NCBI GenBank assembly: GCA_016188985.1
Contig: JACPGM010000053.1
Span: 4,290-68,289 of the forward strand
Reading direction: 5' to 3'
DNA: 64,000 bases
Origin: Lentisphaerota bacterium
GTDB lineage: Bacteria > Verrucomicrobiota > Kiritimatiellia > JAAZAB01
Shown here: piece after piece, positions 27,974 to 36,245 of the stretch
How the letters are laid out: each line of letters opens with the position of its first letter
How positions within the stretch are numbered: the stretch's first letter is position 1
Position numbers and translations under genes: made by a program
Notes under the pieces: generated by a model
The model's input: the letters and a program-made list of their open reading frames with translations, nothing else
Told to the model about the DNA's origin: nothing
Databases searched by the model: none

Positions 27974-29251
27974 ATGGGGAACAACGCCCATTTTGAGCCG
28001 CCGCGCGGCATGCGGGATTTTTACCCCGAAGCTGTTGCCGCGCGCAACGCGCTGTTTGATGCCTGGACCCAATCGTCCCGCCTTTTCGGTTTCAGCCAGT
28101 ATGACGCCTGCGTAGTCGAATCGCTGGAGCTGCTTAAACGCAAGCGCGGCGACGAAATTGTCGAGCAAATCTACGCCTTCAAAGACAAGAGCAACCGGGA
28201 CCTGGCGCTGCGTCCCGAGATGACGCCCACCCTGGCCCGCCTGATTGCCGCACGGCAGGGCCAACTGGCCTTTCCCTTGAAATGGTTTGCCATTGCCCAA
28301 TGTTTCCGCTACGAGCGCATGAGCCGCGGGCGCAAGCGGGAACATTATCAATGGAATCTGGATGTGGTCGGCGAAACGGCCTTGGCTGCCGAGGTGGAAG
28401 TGCTGGCCTGCGCCGCGCACGCCCTGCGCGAGCTCGGCTTAGGCAGCGGCGATTACAAAATCCATATCAATAGTCGGGCTTTGCTGGCCGACCTGTTGAC
28501 GCATTCCGGCGTGGCCCCGGCCTTTCATCCCGCCACTTTTCTGGCCTTGGATAAACGCGGCAAACAGGAAGATGCCGATACCCTCCGGGCCCTCAAAGCA
28601 GCCGCTCTGGATGACAATGCCATCGCCGCCGTGTTCCGGATCATGGGCTTGCAATCGCTGGAGGAGGTCCGCCAATTGTTCGGTGGCGAGCAGCCCGCGC
28701 TCACCGCGCTGCAGACGCTTTTCCAGCTTTTGGCCGAGTATGGCCTGGGTGACATAGCCTGGTTTGATATTGGCATAGTGCGCGGACTGGACTACTACAC
28801 CGGCATAGTCTTCGAAGCGTTTGATGCCGAGCGGCAATTCCGGGCTATTTTTGGCGGCGGCCGGTATGACAATCTGCTCTCCGATCTCGGCGGCGCGCCC
28901 ATGACCGCCGTTGGGCTGGGATTTGGCGACGTGGTGATCGCCGAGCTGCTGGCCGAGAAGGGACGCCTGGTGGCGCAACAGACAAAGCTGGATTATGCCA
29001 TTGGCTATATGGATGATTCTCAGCGCTCCGCCGCGCTGCGCCTGGCTCAGGCTATACGCCGAACCGGACAGAGCGTGGATGTGGCTTTGCACGCGGAAAA
29101 ACCCAAGCAGTTCTTCGCGCGGGCGGGCAAGGGCGCCTTTCAGAAAGCGATCTATGTGGGCCCGGACGACGTAGCCCGCGGCACCGTCCGAATCAAAAAT
29201 CTTGATGAGCGCACGGAGGAGGAAAGGTCTTTGACCGAACTGCTGGGATGA
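27974..29251 (+). CDS. hisS: Histidyl-tRNA synthetase
   Basis: Class II motifs (PRGMRDF, FRYERMSRGRKREHYQ), C-terminal anticodon-binding domain; 425 aa. Confidence 0.93.
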   Translation: MGNNAHFEPPRGMRDFYPEAVAARNALFDAWTQSSRLFGFSQYDACVVESLELLKRKRGDEIVEQIYAFKDKSNRDLALRPEMTPTLARLIAARQGQLAFPLKWFAIAQCFRYERMSRGRKREHYQWNLDVVGETALAAEVEVLACAAHALRELGLGSGDYKIHINSRALLADLLTHSGVAPAFHPATFLALDKRGKQEDADTLRALKAAALDDNAIAAVFRIMGLQSLEEVRQLFGGEQPALTALQTLFQLLAEYGLGDIAWFDIGIVRGLDYYTGIVFEAFDAERQFRAIFGGGRYDNLLSDLGGAPMTAVGLGFGDVVIAELLAEKGRLVAQQTKLDYAIGYMDDSQRSAALRLAQAIRRTGQSVDVALHAEKPKQFFARAGKGAFQKAIYVGPDDVARGTVRIKNLDERTEEERSLTELLG

Positions 29252-29335
29252 AATTGGGGGAACAAAGGACGGAAGGGACAATCAGGACAGCAATGACTTC
29301 AAGGATGGCAAGAGATCAGACTTCTGCTGGTCGCC

Positions 29336-29360
29336 GTCTTTGGTGTCCTTGTTGTCCCTT
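29336..29360. repeat. Left direct repeat flanking the four-helix-bundle gene
   Basis: gtctttggtgtccttgttgtccctt versus gtctttggtgtctttgttgtccctt at 30009..30033 (24/25 identical). Confidence 0.8.
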
Positions 29361-29387
29361 GAGTCCTTTCCCCACCCGGAGCAAGCC

Positions 29388-29948
29388 ATGAACGCGGGTT
29401 TCATCCCGAAACACGGCGGTTACAAAAAGTTGCTCTCCTACCAGAAGTCCGAGATTGTCTACGATGCCACGGTCTATTTCTGCGATCGTTTCATTGATAA
29501 GCGCAGTCGCACCCATGATCAGATGGTGCAGGCAGCGCGCTCCGGCAAGCAGAACATCATCGAAGGCAGTATGGCCTCCGCGACCTCCAAGGAGACCGAA
29601 ATCACGCTGACCAATGTGGCGCGCGCCAGCCTGGAGGAATTGCTGGGCGATTACCGCGATTTCCTGCGCGGGCGCGGCGTGCAGGAATGGCCGAAAGACC
29701 ACGTCTATGCGCGCCGATTGCGCGCGCTCAACAAGATACCGGATGCTACTTATGCCACCTTTAAAAAAGGCATCGAGAACCCCGACCCGGTAATTTCCGC
29801 CAATGTGATCATCGGCCTGATCCGTGTGGCCAGCTACCTGCTGGATCGGCAGATCCGGCATTTGGAGCGCGCCTTCGTCAAAGAAGGCGGCCTGCGCGAG
29901 CGCATGACCCGCGCCCGTCTCGAAGAACGAAGAAAGTCCGGATCATAA
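29388..29948 (+). CDS. Four-helix-bundle protein (TIGR02436-like, '23S rRNA intervening-sequence protein' family)
   Basis: ~186 aa all-helical, with the family-typical N-terminal segment; flanked by ~35-bp direct repeats. Confidence 0.6.
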   Translation: MNAGFIPKHGGYKKLLSYQKSEIVYDATVYFCDRFIDKRSRTHDQMVQAARSGKQNIIEGSMASATSKETEITLTNVARASLEELLGDYRDFLRGRGVQEWPKDHVYARRLRALNKIPDATYATFKKGIENPDPVISANVIIGLIRVASYLLDRQIRHLERAFVKEGGLRERMTRARLEERRKSGS

Positions 29949-30008
29949 GCCGCTTTAGATGCCTCAAAGGTCGGCAAATACTGCCAAGGCTCTCATGATT
30001 GCGGGGCT

Positions 30009-30033
30009 GTCTTTGGTGTCTTTGTTGTCCCTT
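30009..30033. repeat. Right direct repeat flanking the four-helix-bundle gene
   Basis: See 29336..29360. Confidence 0.8.
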
Positions 30034-30154
30034 TGGTCTTTTGCCGCTCAGGGTAATCGGATGGGAGTGTTAAATGGAACAATCCGGTTCGGTCTCAGGC
30101 TGACCAGGTCCCGGCACAGGTATAGATAACGCATGAAAATCTTACAAATTATTG

Positions 30155-30183
30155 TTGACTTACTTATTGATATATGTTTAACT
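30155..30183 (+). promoter_or_regulatory. Candidate sigma70-like promoter for the vapBC-like operon
   Basis: TTGACT-N17-TTAACT about 10 bp upstream of the vapB start, in an AT-rich stretch. Confidence 0.2.
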
Positions 30184-30190
30184 TTGGGCC

Positions 30191-30484
30191 ATGAAAAGAA
30201 CCGGACCTAACGATTCGGTGCAGTTTTCCGTCAAAGGCCAGGTGGTCATTCCCCGCCGGCTGCGCCGGGAGTACCATATCGAGGAGGGCACGCGCGCCGT
30301 TGTCCAGGCGACTTCCGAGGGTATTCTGATCAAACCGGTGACCAGGGGTCGCATTCAGCGGTTCCGCGGCATCCTCAAGCGGAAACCGGGCGGGAAACCG
30401 TTTGCCCAGGAGTGGGCCGATCATAAGGCCGAAGAAAAAGCATTGGAGGAGGCCAAGTATGCCCGCCTCGCCGGTTCTCGATAG
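30191..30484 (+). CDS. vapB: AbrB/MazE/SpoVT-type antitoxin (VapB-like)
   Basis: SpoVT/AbrB swapped-hairpin motif VKGQVVIPRRLRREYHIEEGTRAVV; 3' end overlaps the PIN gene. Confidence 0.7.
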   Translation: MKRTGPNDSVQFSVKGQVVIPRRLRREYHIEEGTRAVVQATSEGILIKPVTRGRIQRFRGILKRKPGGKPFAQEWADHKAEEKALEEAKYARLAGSR

Positions 30485-30863
30485 TTTTGCCCTGCTGAGT
30501 TTTCTCCGCGATGAACCTGGGGCGGAGATGGTGGCAACGCTCCTGGAAAAGGCAGAGGAGCGCAGGCACCCCCTTCAGATGACCGAGGTCAATTACGCCG
30601 AGGTCCAATATATCGTTCGCCGCAAGGATGGGGAGGCTGCCTGGCGCATTGTCGCGGACGAACTGGCGACCATGCCCATCGAATTTCGGCCGGCCGACCG
30701 TCCGCTGGCCGATCAGGCCGCCGATTTCAAGACGCGTTTCCAGCTCAGCCTGGCCGCCGCCTTTGCCGCCGCCCTGGCGAAGCTCCGCAAGGCCGTACTT
30801 GTTACCGGCGATCCCGATTTTAAACAGGTTGAGGGTGAAATCGGGATCGGCTGGCTGAAATGA
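30459..30863 (+). CDS. vapC: PIN-domain toxin (VapC-like)
   Basis: N-terminal acidic VLDSFALLSFL, C-terminal TGDPDF; 134 aa from the internal Met, overlapping the antitoxin gene. Confidence 0.7.
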   Translation: MPASPVLDSFALLSFLRDEPGAEMVATLLEKAEERRHPLQMTEVNYAEVQYIVRRKDGEAAWRIVADELATMPIEFRPADRPLADQAADFKTRFQLSLAAAFAAALAKLRKAVLVTGDPDFKQVEGEIGIGWLK

Positions 30864-31008
30864 CCGCCATGCATTTATACGTCGGTCATGGATAATCGCA
30901 TTGCAATTATACGATAATGATGCAGATTGTCATTGTGAGGAAGCGTGTATTGGCTGAAGTGTTTTTCCCAGCCAGTGTTTACCGTGAGGATGCCGCAGAG
31001 AATTAGCC

Positions 31009-32304
31009 GTGAAAGAATGTGAAACCATAGAATTCAAGAAGAGTCTGTCAGAACTCAAGGAGGGCTTGGTCTCCATTGTGGCCATCCTGAACAAGCATGG
31101 CTCCGGTGAACTGTGGTTTGGCGTCCGCAACGACGGTGTCAGCGTTGGCCTGGATGCCACAACAAAGACCCTTCGTGATGTTTCGCAAGCGATTAGTGCG
31201 CACATTGAACCGAGGATTTTCCCGCACGTCACACTGGAATCCTGCGCCAGGGAGCTGGAGAATCTTATCCTTTCCAGGAATAGCGAGCGACTTCGCTGGG
31301 ACAACAAAGTGTGTGCTGTTTCTATCGGTGACCTGGATAAAGCCGGAATCAGGCGGTTTATCGCGCGTGCCGGACTCGTATGGGATACCCCGACAAATGC
31401 GCTGGAGAAACTCGGACTTCTTCATGCCGGAAAGCTGGTGAATGCGGCCCCGCTGTTCTTTGCGCGAAAGGCTCCGCTGCAACTGCGTTGCGCCGTTTTT
31501 CTGACGACCGAGAGTTCAACAATTATTGACCGGCATGATTTTGACGGCAACATCCTCGAACTGATAGAAGAGGCTCAACGCTACATTCTCAAAAACATCC
31601 ATATCGGCATGCGTGTCAAGGGGCTTTACCGCGAAGACGTGCCGGAAATCTCGGTTGATGCCCTGCGTGAGGCCATTATCAACGCCTTCTGCCATCGTGA
31701 TTACCGCGATCCGGATTATGTGCACGTTGCGATTTTCAAAGACCGCGTCGAAATCCGAAATCCTGGCAGGTTGTTCGGATCACTGACCTTGGACGATTTG
31801 CGCAAAGGATATGTGTCGCAACGGCGCAATCCATTGATCGCCGATCTGTTCCGCCGCATCGAGATGGTGGAAGCCTGGGGTCGCGGCATGCCGTTGATCA
31901 TCAAGAATGCTCCCGACGTCGTGTTTCGCGAAATCGGCAATCTTTTCATCGTTTCCTTCAACCGGCCATCTTATGCGGATGAATCTGGCAGGGGTGATGC
32001 GTCAAGTTCGGGAAAGGAAGTTCCGGTAAGAGGGTTCCTGAAAGAAAGTTCCGGCAAGAAGGTATCTGAAGAAGGTTCGGGAAAGAAGGTTCGGGAAAGA
32101 AGGTTCGGGAAAGATTCTGGAAAAACCGGACATCAAATACTCGATTTCCTTTCACAGCAACCCGAGATGACGGTTCCTGAACTTGCCGGGCGGCTGGGAC
32201 TAACGACTCGCGCGATTGAGAAGCAAATCGCCAAATTGCGGGATGCGAAATTACTGCTTCGCACAGGCGGACGTAAAATAGGGCGTTGGGAGGTGCAGAA
32301 ATGA
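31009..32304 (+). CDS. AlbA_2 (Schlafen-core) domain ATP-binding protein with HATPase_c_4-like and C-terminal wHTH ('putative transcriptional regulator')
   Basis: N-terminal ETIEFK...GELWFGVRNDG (AlbA_2/Schlafen core); central AINAFCHRDY...VAIFKDRVEIRNPGRL (RecG-C/HATPase_c_4-like); Gly/Lys-rich linker encoded by a 14-bp x3 tandem repeat; C-terminal HTH. Confidence 0.7.
   Translation: MKECETIEFKKSLSELKEGLVSIVAILNKHGSGELWFGVRNDGVSVGLDATTKTLRDVSQAISAHIEPRIFPHVTLESCARELENLILSRNSERLRWDNKVCAVSIGDLDKAGIRRFIARAGLVWDTPTNALEKLGLLHAGKLVNAAPLFFARKAPLQLRCAVFLTTESSTIIDRHDFDGNILELIEEAQRYILKNIHIGMRVKGLYREDVPEISVDALREAIINAFCHRDYRDPDYVHVAIFKDRVEIRNPGRLFGSLTLDDLRKGYVSQRRNPLIADLFRRIEMVEAWGRGMPLIIKNAPDVVFREIGNLFIVSFNRPSYADESGRGDASSSGKEVPVRGFLKESSGKKVSEEGSGKKVRERRFGKDSGKTGHQILDFLSQQPEMTVPELAGRLGLTTRAIEKQIAKLRDAKLLLRTGGRKIGRWEVQK
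32071..32112 (+). repeat. Perfect 14-bp x3 tandem repeat (gaaggttcgggaaa) inside the AlbA_2-gene coding region
   Basis: gaaggttcgggaaagaaggttcgggaaagaaggttcgggaaa; unit length is not a multiple of 3; encodes the EGSGKKVRERRFGK linker upstream of the C-terminal HTH. Confidence 0.9.
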
Positions 32305-32699
32305 CTTCCGCCGTGAAATGTGGGACAACGCGACGACGGACGGCCCGGGGGTGTCAGTTCCACGCGCTTGCGGACATCGAAAAATAAGCAGGAAACCGCT
32401 CCTGGCATTTTGACGGAGTGGATGTTCTGCCGGTGAGCGAGTTTCTGCGCCAGTTGCATCAGGGAAAGGTTTTTTGAAAAACACTAACCGAATATGTTTT
32501 GCCGCCGGAAATAAATATCCCCTTATTAAGGGCCACTGGGACAACAAAAAGCTAACTTCGCGTGAATGCACCCGGCTCCAGAGATACGAAGATTATTGGT
32601 CCAGATTCCGGCTGCGCTATATGTAAAAGTACCACAATCGCAATTCGCACTGGCAGACAGCCAGCCGTCAGAAAAACCAGTTAAAAATATGATATACAT

Positions 32700-34703
32700 G
32701 TGATGAAAACGACTTCAACCCCTCGTCTGACGCGCTCTTGGTTCGTCCGAACCATAGCTGAATTTGAGAGTGCATCTGACGATCAAGTACTTGCCGAACT
32801 GGTCAGGGGCAGTTTGTTTCCCATTCTGCAATCTCAGAGGGATGCTTGGCTCGCAGAACTGCCATTTTTGCGGAGGGCCCTGACCGGCCATACGGGAATG
32901 GTGTACCTTGAGTTCGCAATCCCGAGGATGGGGCATCGCGTTGATGCGGTCGTGTTGATAAACGGGATTGTTTTGGCAATAGAATTCAAGATCGATGCGA
33001 GGGAATACTTTCTGAGCGATGTTGACCAGGTATACGACTACGCGATCGATCTCAAATACTTCCACGAGGCCAGCCATAACCTATCGGTAGTGCCAATTCT
33101 CGTGGCATCACGGGCAAAGACCAGGTTCTTCCTGCTTGCACCACACGCGAGAGTATCTGGACTTTGTCAACCAATCTGCACGAATGCTGAGGATTTGGCA
33201 GCGACCATCAACTGTGTGATAAGCAAGTTGCCTGCGGAATGCGTTGACCCGGCCACATGGGAGGCTTCTCGTTATTGCCCAACCCCCACAATCGTTGAGG
33301 CCGCCCGCGCTCTCTACGCCGGTCATGGCGTCGCCGACATCTCGCGCAACGATGCAGGAGCCATCAATCTGAGCGAGACATCAGAACAGTTAGTGCGAAT
33401 CATTGAAACCTCGAAGTCCTTGGGCCAAAAGGCCATTTGTTTCGTCACCGGAGTGCCGGGTGCCGGGAAGACACTTGTGGGGCTTAACATTGCGACGAAG
33501 TATAACGACCCCAAGAGTGAACTTCATAGTGTGTTTCTTTCGGGGAACGGCCCTCTTGTAGCAATTCTCCGCGAAGCTCTGGCGCGAGACACCATTCAAC
33601 GCGAACGTGTTAAAGGAAACCGACTCAGGAAAGGCGACGCCATGGCACGGGTGAAGGCGTTTATCCAAAACGTACACCATTTTCGGGATGAATGTCTCCT
33701 TGATCAGTCTCGTCCGCCTGTCGATCATGTCGCGTTGTTTGATGAGGCGCAACGCGCCTGGGATCAGGAGCAGACGGCCTTGTTTATGCGCCGCAAGAAG
33801 GGGGTCACAGGCTTCAACGTATCGGAGCCAGAGTTCCTGATTTCGTGCATGGATCGGCGCAACGATTGGGCGGTGATTGTTTGCCTTGTCGGCGGAGGGC
33901 AAGAGATCAACACTGGGGAGGCCGGCATTGGGGAATGGATTGAGGCCGTGCAACGCGCATTTGGCGAGTGGCACCTGTACATCTCTCCTGCGTTAACGGA
34001 TAGCGAATATGGCGCGGGAAAACTTCTCGAAGCAATCAGGAACCGCGCTAATGTGCACTACCTGCAGGAACTTCATCTTGGCGTCTCAATGCGCTCATTT
34101 CGAGCCGAAAAGGTTTCGGCCTTCGTCAAGATGGTTTTGGATTTCGAAATTACCCGAGCGCGGGATCTATTGCAGGAGTTTGAGGGTCGCTATCCCATCG
34201 TGTTGACCCGCAATTTGGACCTCGCAAGACAATGGTTGCGCGATCAAGCCAGTGGAAACGAGCGGTTTGGGATTGTTGTATCATCGCAGGCAGAGCGATT
34301 GAAACCATATGCCATTGATGTTCGAACGCCTGTGAATCCTGTGAAGTGGTTTCTCGATGGAAAAGACGATGTGCGGTCATCGTACTACCTTGAAGATGTT
34401 GCGACCGAATTTCATGTACAAGGGCTTGAGCTCGACTGGGTGTGCGTATCGTGGGACGGCGATTTTCGCTACAACGAACACGGCTGGCAGCACCTCTCAT
34501 TTCGCGGCACCAAGTGGCAGCGCATCAACAAGGCTTCCAGAAAAAACTACCTCAAGAATGCCTATCGTGTCCTACTCACACGGGCGCGTCAGGGAATGGT
34601 GATATTCATTCCTGAAGGAAGTTCAACTGATCCAACAAGGCATCCGAGTTACTATGACTCGACTTTTGCCTACTTGCGGTCAATTGGGCTGCGCGAGTTG
34701 TAG
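32700..34703 (+). CDS. DUF2075 family P-loop ATPase (Schlafen helicase-like) with N-terminal PD-(D/E)xK-like nuclease motif
   Basis: N-terminal RVDAVVLINGIVLAIEFK (D-x12-ExK); Walker A GVPGAGKT, Walker B VALFDEAQ; 667 aa. Confidence 0.65.
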   Translation: MMKTTSTPRLTRSWFVRTIAEFESASDDQVLAELVRGSLFPILQSQRDAWLAELPFLRRALTGHTGMVYLEFAIPRMGHRVDAVVLINGIVLAIEFKIDAREYFLSDVDQVYDYAIDLKYFHEASHNLSVVPILVASRAKTRFFLLAPHARVSGLCQPICTNAEDLAATINCVISKLPAECVDPATWEASRYCPTPTIVEAARALYAGHGVADISRNDAGAINLSETSEQLVRIIETSKSLGQKAICFVTGVPGAGKTLVGLNIATKYNDPKSELHSVFLSGNGPLVAILREALARDTIQRERVKGNRLRKGDAMARVKAFIQNVHHFRDECLLDQSRPPVDHVALFDEAQRAWDQEQTALFMRRKKGVTGFNVSEPEFLISCMDRRNDWAVIVCLVGGGQEINTGEAGIGEWIEAVQRAFGEWHLYISPALTDSEYGAGKLLEAIRNRANVHYLQELHLGVSMRSFRAEKVSAFVKMVLDFEITRARDLLQEFEGRYPIVLTRNLDLARQWLRDQASGNERFGIVVSSQAERLKPYAIDVRTPVNPVKWFLDGKDDVRSSYYLEDVATEFHVQGLELDWVCVSWDGDFRYNEHGWQHLSFRGTKWQRINKASRKNYLKNAYRVLLTRARQGMVIFIPEGSSTDPTRHPSYYDSTFAYLRSIGLREL

Positions 34704-34828
34704 ACCGCTAATGCTTGCATCCATCTGACGTAACCGCTTCCCGACGCGGAGACATTCTTGCCGTCGGCGAAGGACAGGTTTTCCACATCGAGAGTTCCTT
34801 CGATTCCCTTAGCCGTATCGGATCCATC

Positions 34829-35080
34829 ATGCAGATACAGGAGACGCAGAAAGAGGGGGATATGCCTATGGAGTTTTCCCCGGAAGGCGACAAGATTGTC
34901 ATCTTTCTGTCCAAGAGCGATTTTGCGGAATCATGCCCGGCAGGTTATTTCGATGTAAAACAAAACGGAACCCCATGCGGTGAAGCAGGGCACGCACCAG
35001 CCTTTCGGGTTTTGTGTCTTTACACCGAATGCGGCTCATGTTCCAACTGCGTTGCTGTGGCGTTAAAATATCAATCATAG
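34829..35080 (+). CDS. Small Cys-rich hypothetical protein
   Basis: ORF with C-terminal CxxxxH...C..C.CxxC cluster; weak, composition only. Confidence 0.2.
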   Translation: MQIQETQKEGDMPMEFSPEGDKIVIFLSKSDFAESCPAGYFDVKQNGTPCGEAGHAPAFRVLCLYTECGSCSNCVAVALKYQS

Positions 35081-35463
35081 CGTCATTGCCTCTATTTGCT
35101 CTCCACTGTTGAGTAGACGATTTATCAAGGGAGGCTTGCGATCATCATTAAAGCCGGGACGTCAAGAGGCTCGAAGCGGACAAGTCTATTTCTGTTCTGT
35201 GCCTGCGCCGCTTGCATGTTCACAGCGGTTTTGAATGTATCAGGGCATATCCGGAAAAGCCAGTTGAAATCCACATAAATCCTCCTACGCCCAACGTCAG
35301 GCTATGAAGGACGGGACGGAGGGCGGAATGACGTACGCCGGACGCCGGCCGGAGTGTCCTCATCCGTCGCTCCAAGAGCTATGGATGGCAGGCAGGGAAC
35401 TTTTCATTGTTTTAATATGTAGATAGTTGTTGACAAGTCCCTACATTATGAAACACTGCCGTC

Positions 35464-36069
35464 ATGAGCACTAAGGCAAAATCTATTCTGGAACTCGCTC
35501 GGTATAAAGGGTTCATCAGGGCGCGCGACCTTATTCAGCACGCGATTCCAACTGTGTATCTTGGACGACTGACCCACTTGGGTCTGCTGGAGCGCGTTAG
35601 CCGCGGGCTGTATCGCCTGCCGGATTCTGAAGTGACGGAGCACTATTCACTGGCAGAGGTGGCCGCCAAGGTGCCGGGCGGGGTGGTTTGTCTGCTTTCG
35701 GCGCTCAACTTCCATATTATTGGCACACAACAGCCGCACGAGGTATGGCTGGCAATCCCGGAGAAGGCGCGCCAACCACGACTGAAAAGTCCGCGCCTGC
35801 GCCTATTCCGCTTCTCCAAGTCGGCCTTCACGGAGGGCGTAGAGACTCACGTTATCCAAGGGATACCGGTGAAGGTGTATAGCCCGGCCAAGACTGTAGC
35901 CGACTGCTTCAAGTATCGAAATAAAATCGGACTGGATGTAGCCATGGAAGCGCTCCGGGAAAGTCTGCGGTCCCGTAAGTGCACGCGGGAGGACATTCAT
36001 CGTTATGCCCGGATATGCCGGGTGTGGAATGTCATGCGGCCCTACCTGGAAATGGAGGCTTCGTCGTGA
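35464..36069 (+). CDS. abiEi: AbiEi-family antitoxin/transcriptional regulator (type IV TA)
   Basis: N-terminal AbiEi_4-type wHTH (LELARYKGFIRARDL...LERVSRGLYRL) plus C-terminal domain; 201 aa. Confidence 0.7.
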   Translation: MSTKAKSILELARYKGFIRARDLIQHAIPTVYLGRLTHLGLLERVSRGLYRLPDSEVTEHYSLAEVAAKVPGGVVCLLSALNFHIIGTQQPHEVWLAIPEKARQPRLKSPRLRLFRFSKSAFTEGVETHVIQGIPVKVYSPAKTVADCFKYRNKIGLDVAMEALRESLRSRKCTREDIHRYARICRVWNVMRPYLEMEASS

Positions 36070-36122
36070 CTCGCGCACAACCCGTGAATGATTCAACGAT
36101 AGAGCCCAGGAGGCGCAAATAA
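36066..36122 (+). pseudogene. Possible truncated remnant of an AbiEii toxin gene
   Basis: GTG overlapping the abiEi stop (typical abiEi-abiEii coupling) opens only an 18-codon frame before a stop; no room for a nucleotidyltransferase before aspS. Confidence 0.3.
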
Positions 36123-36245
36123 CGAACAAGCCTATTTCTGGGCCTGCGCGCCCGGAATGGTGTCCCACCTTCGTCTAAAGGGCTTCCACCGTCGCCCCTT
36201 CGACTTCGCTCAGGGCTTCGCAGGGCAGGCTGGTGTCTCCCTTCC

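Noticed and set aside
28439-29281. 280-aa minus-strand ORF
   Set aside because: Antisense to hisS.
32300-32387. 28-codon ORF (MTSAVKCGTTRRRTARGCQFHALADIEK) overlapping the AlbA_2 gene stop by ATGA
   Set aside because: Tempting as a coupled micro-ORF, but too short, with no conservation evidence or partner; left as unsupported.
35429-35460. Sigma70 promoter for abiEi at the TTGACA at 35429
   Set aside because: A -35-like hexamer is present, but no acceptable -10 hexamer at 16-18 bp spacing could be found by eye; not reported as a feature.
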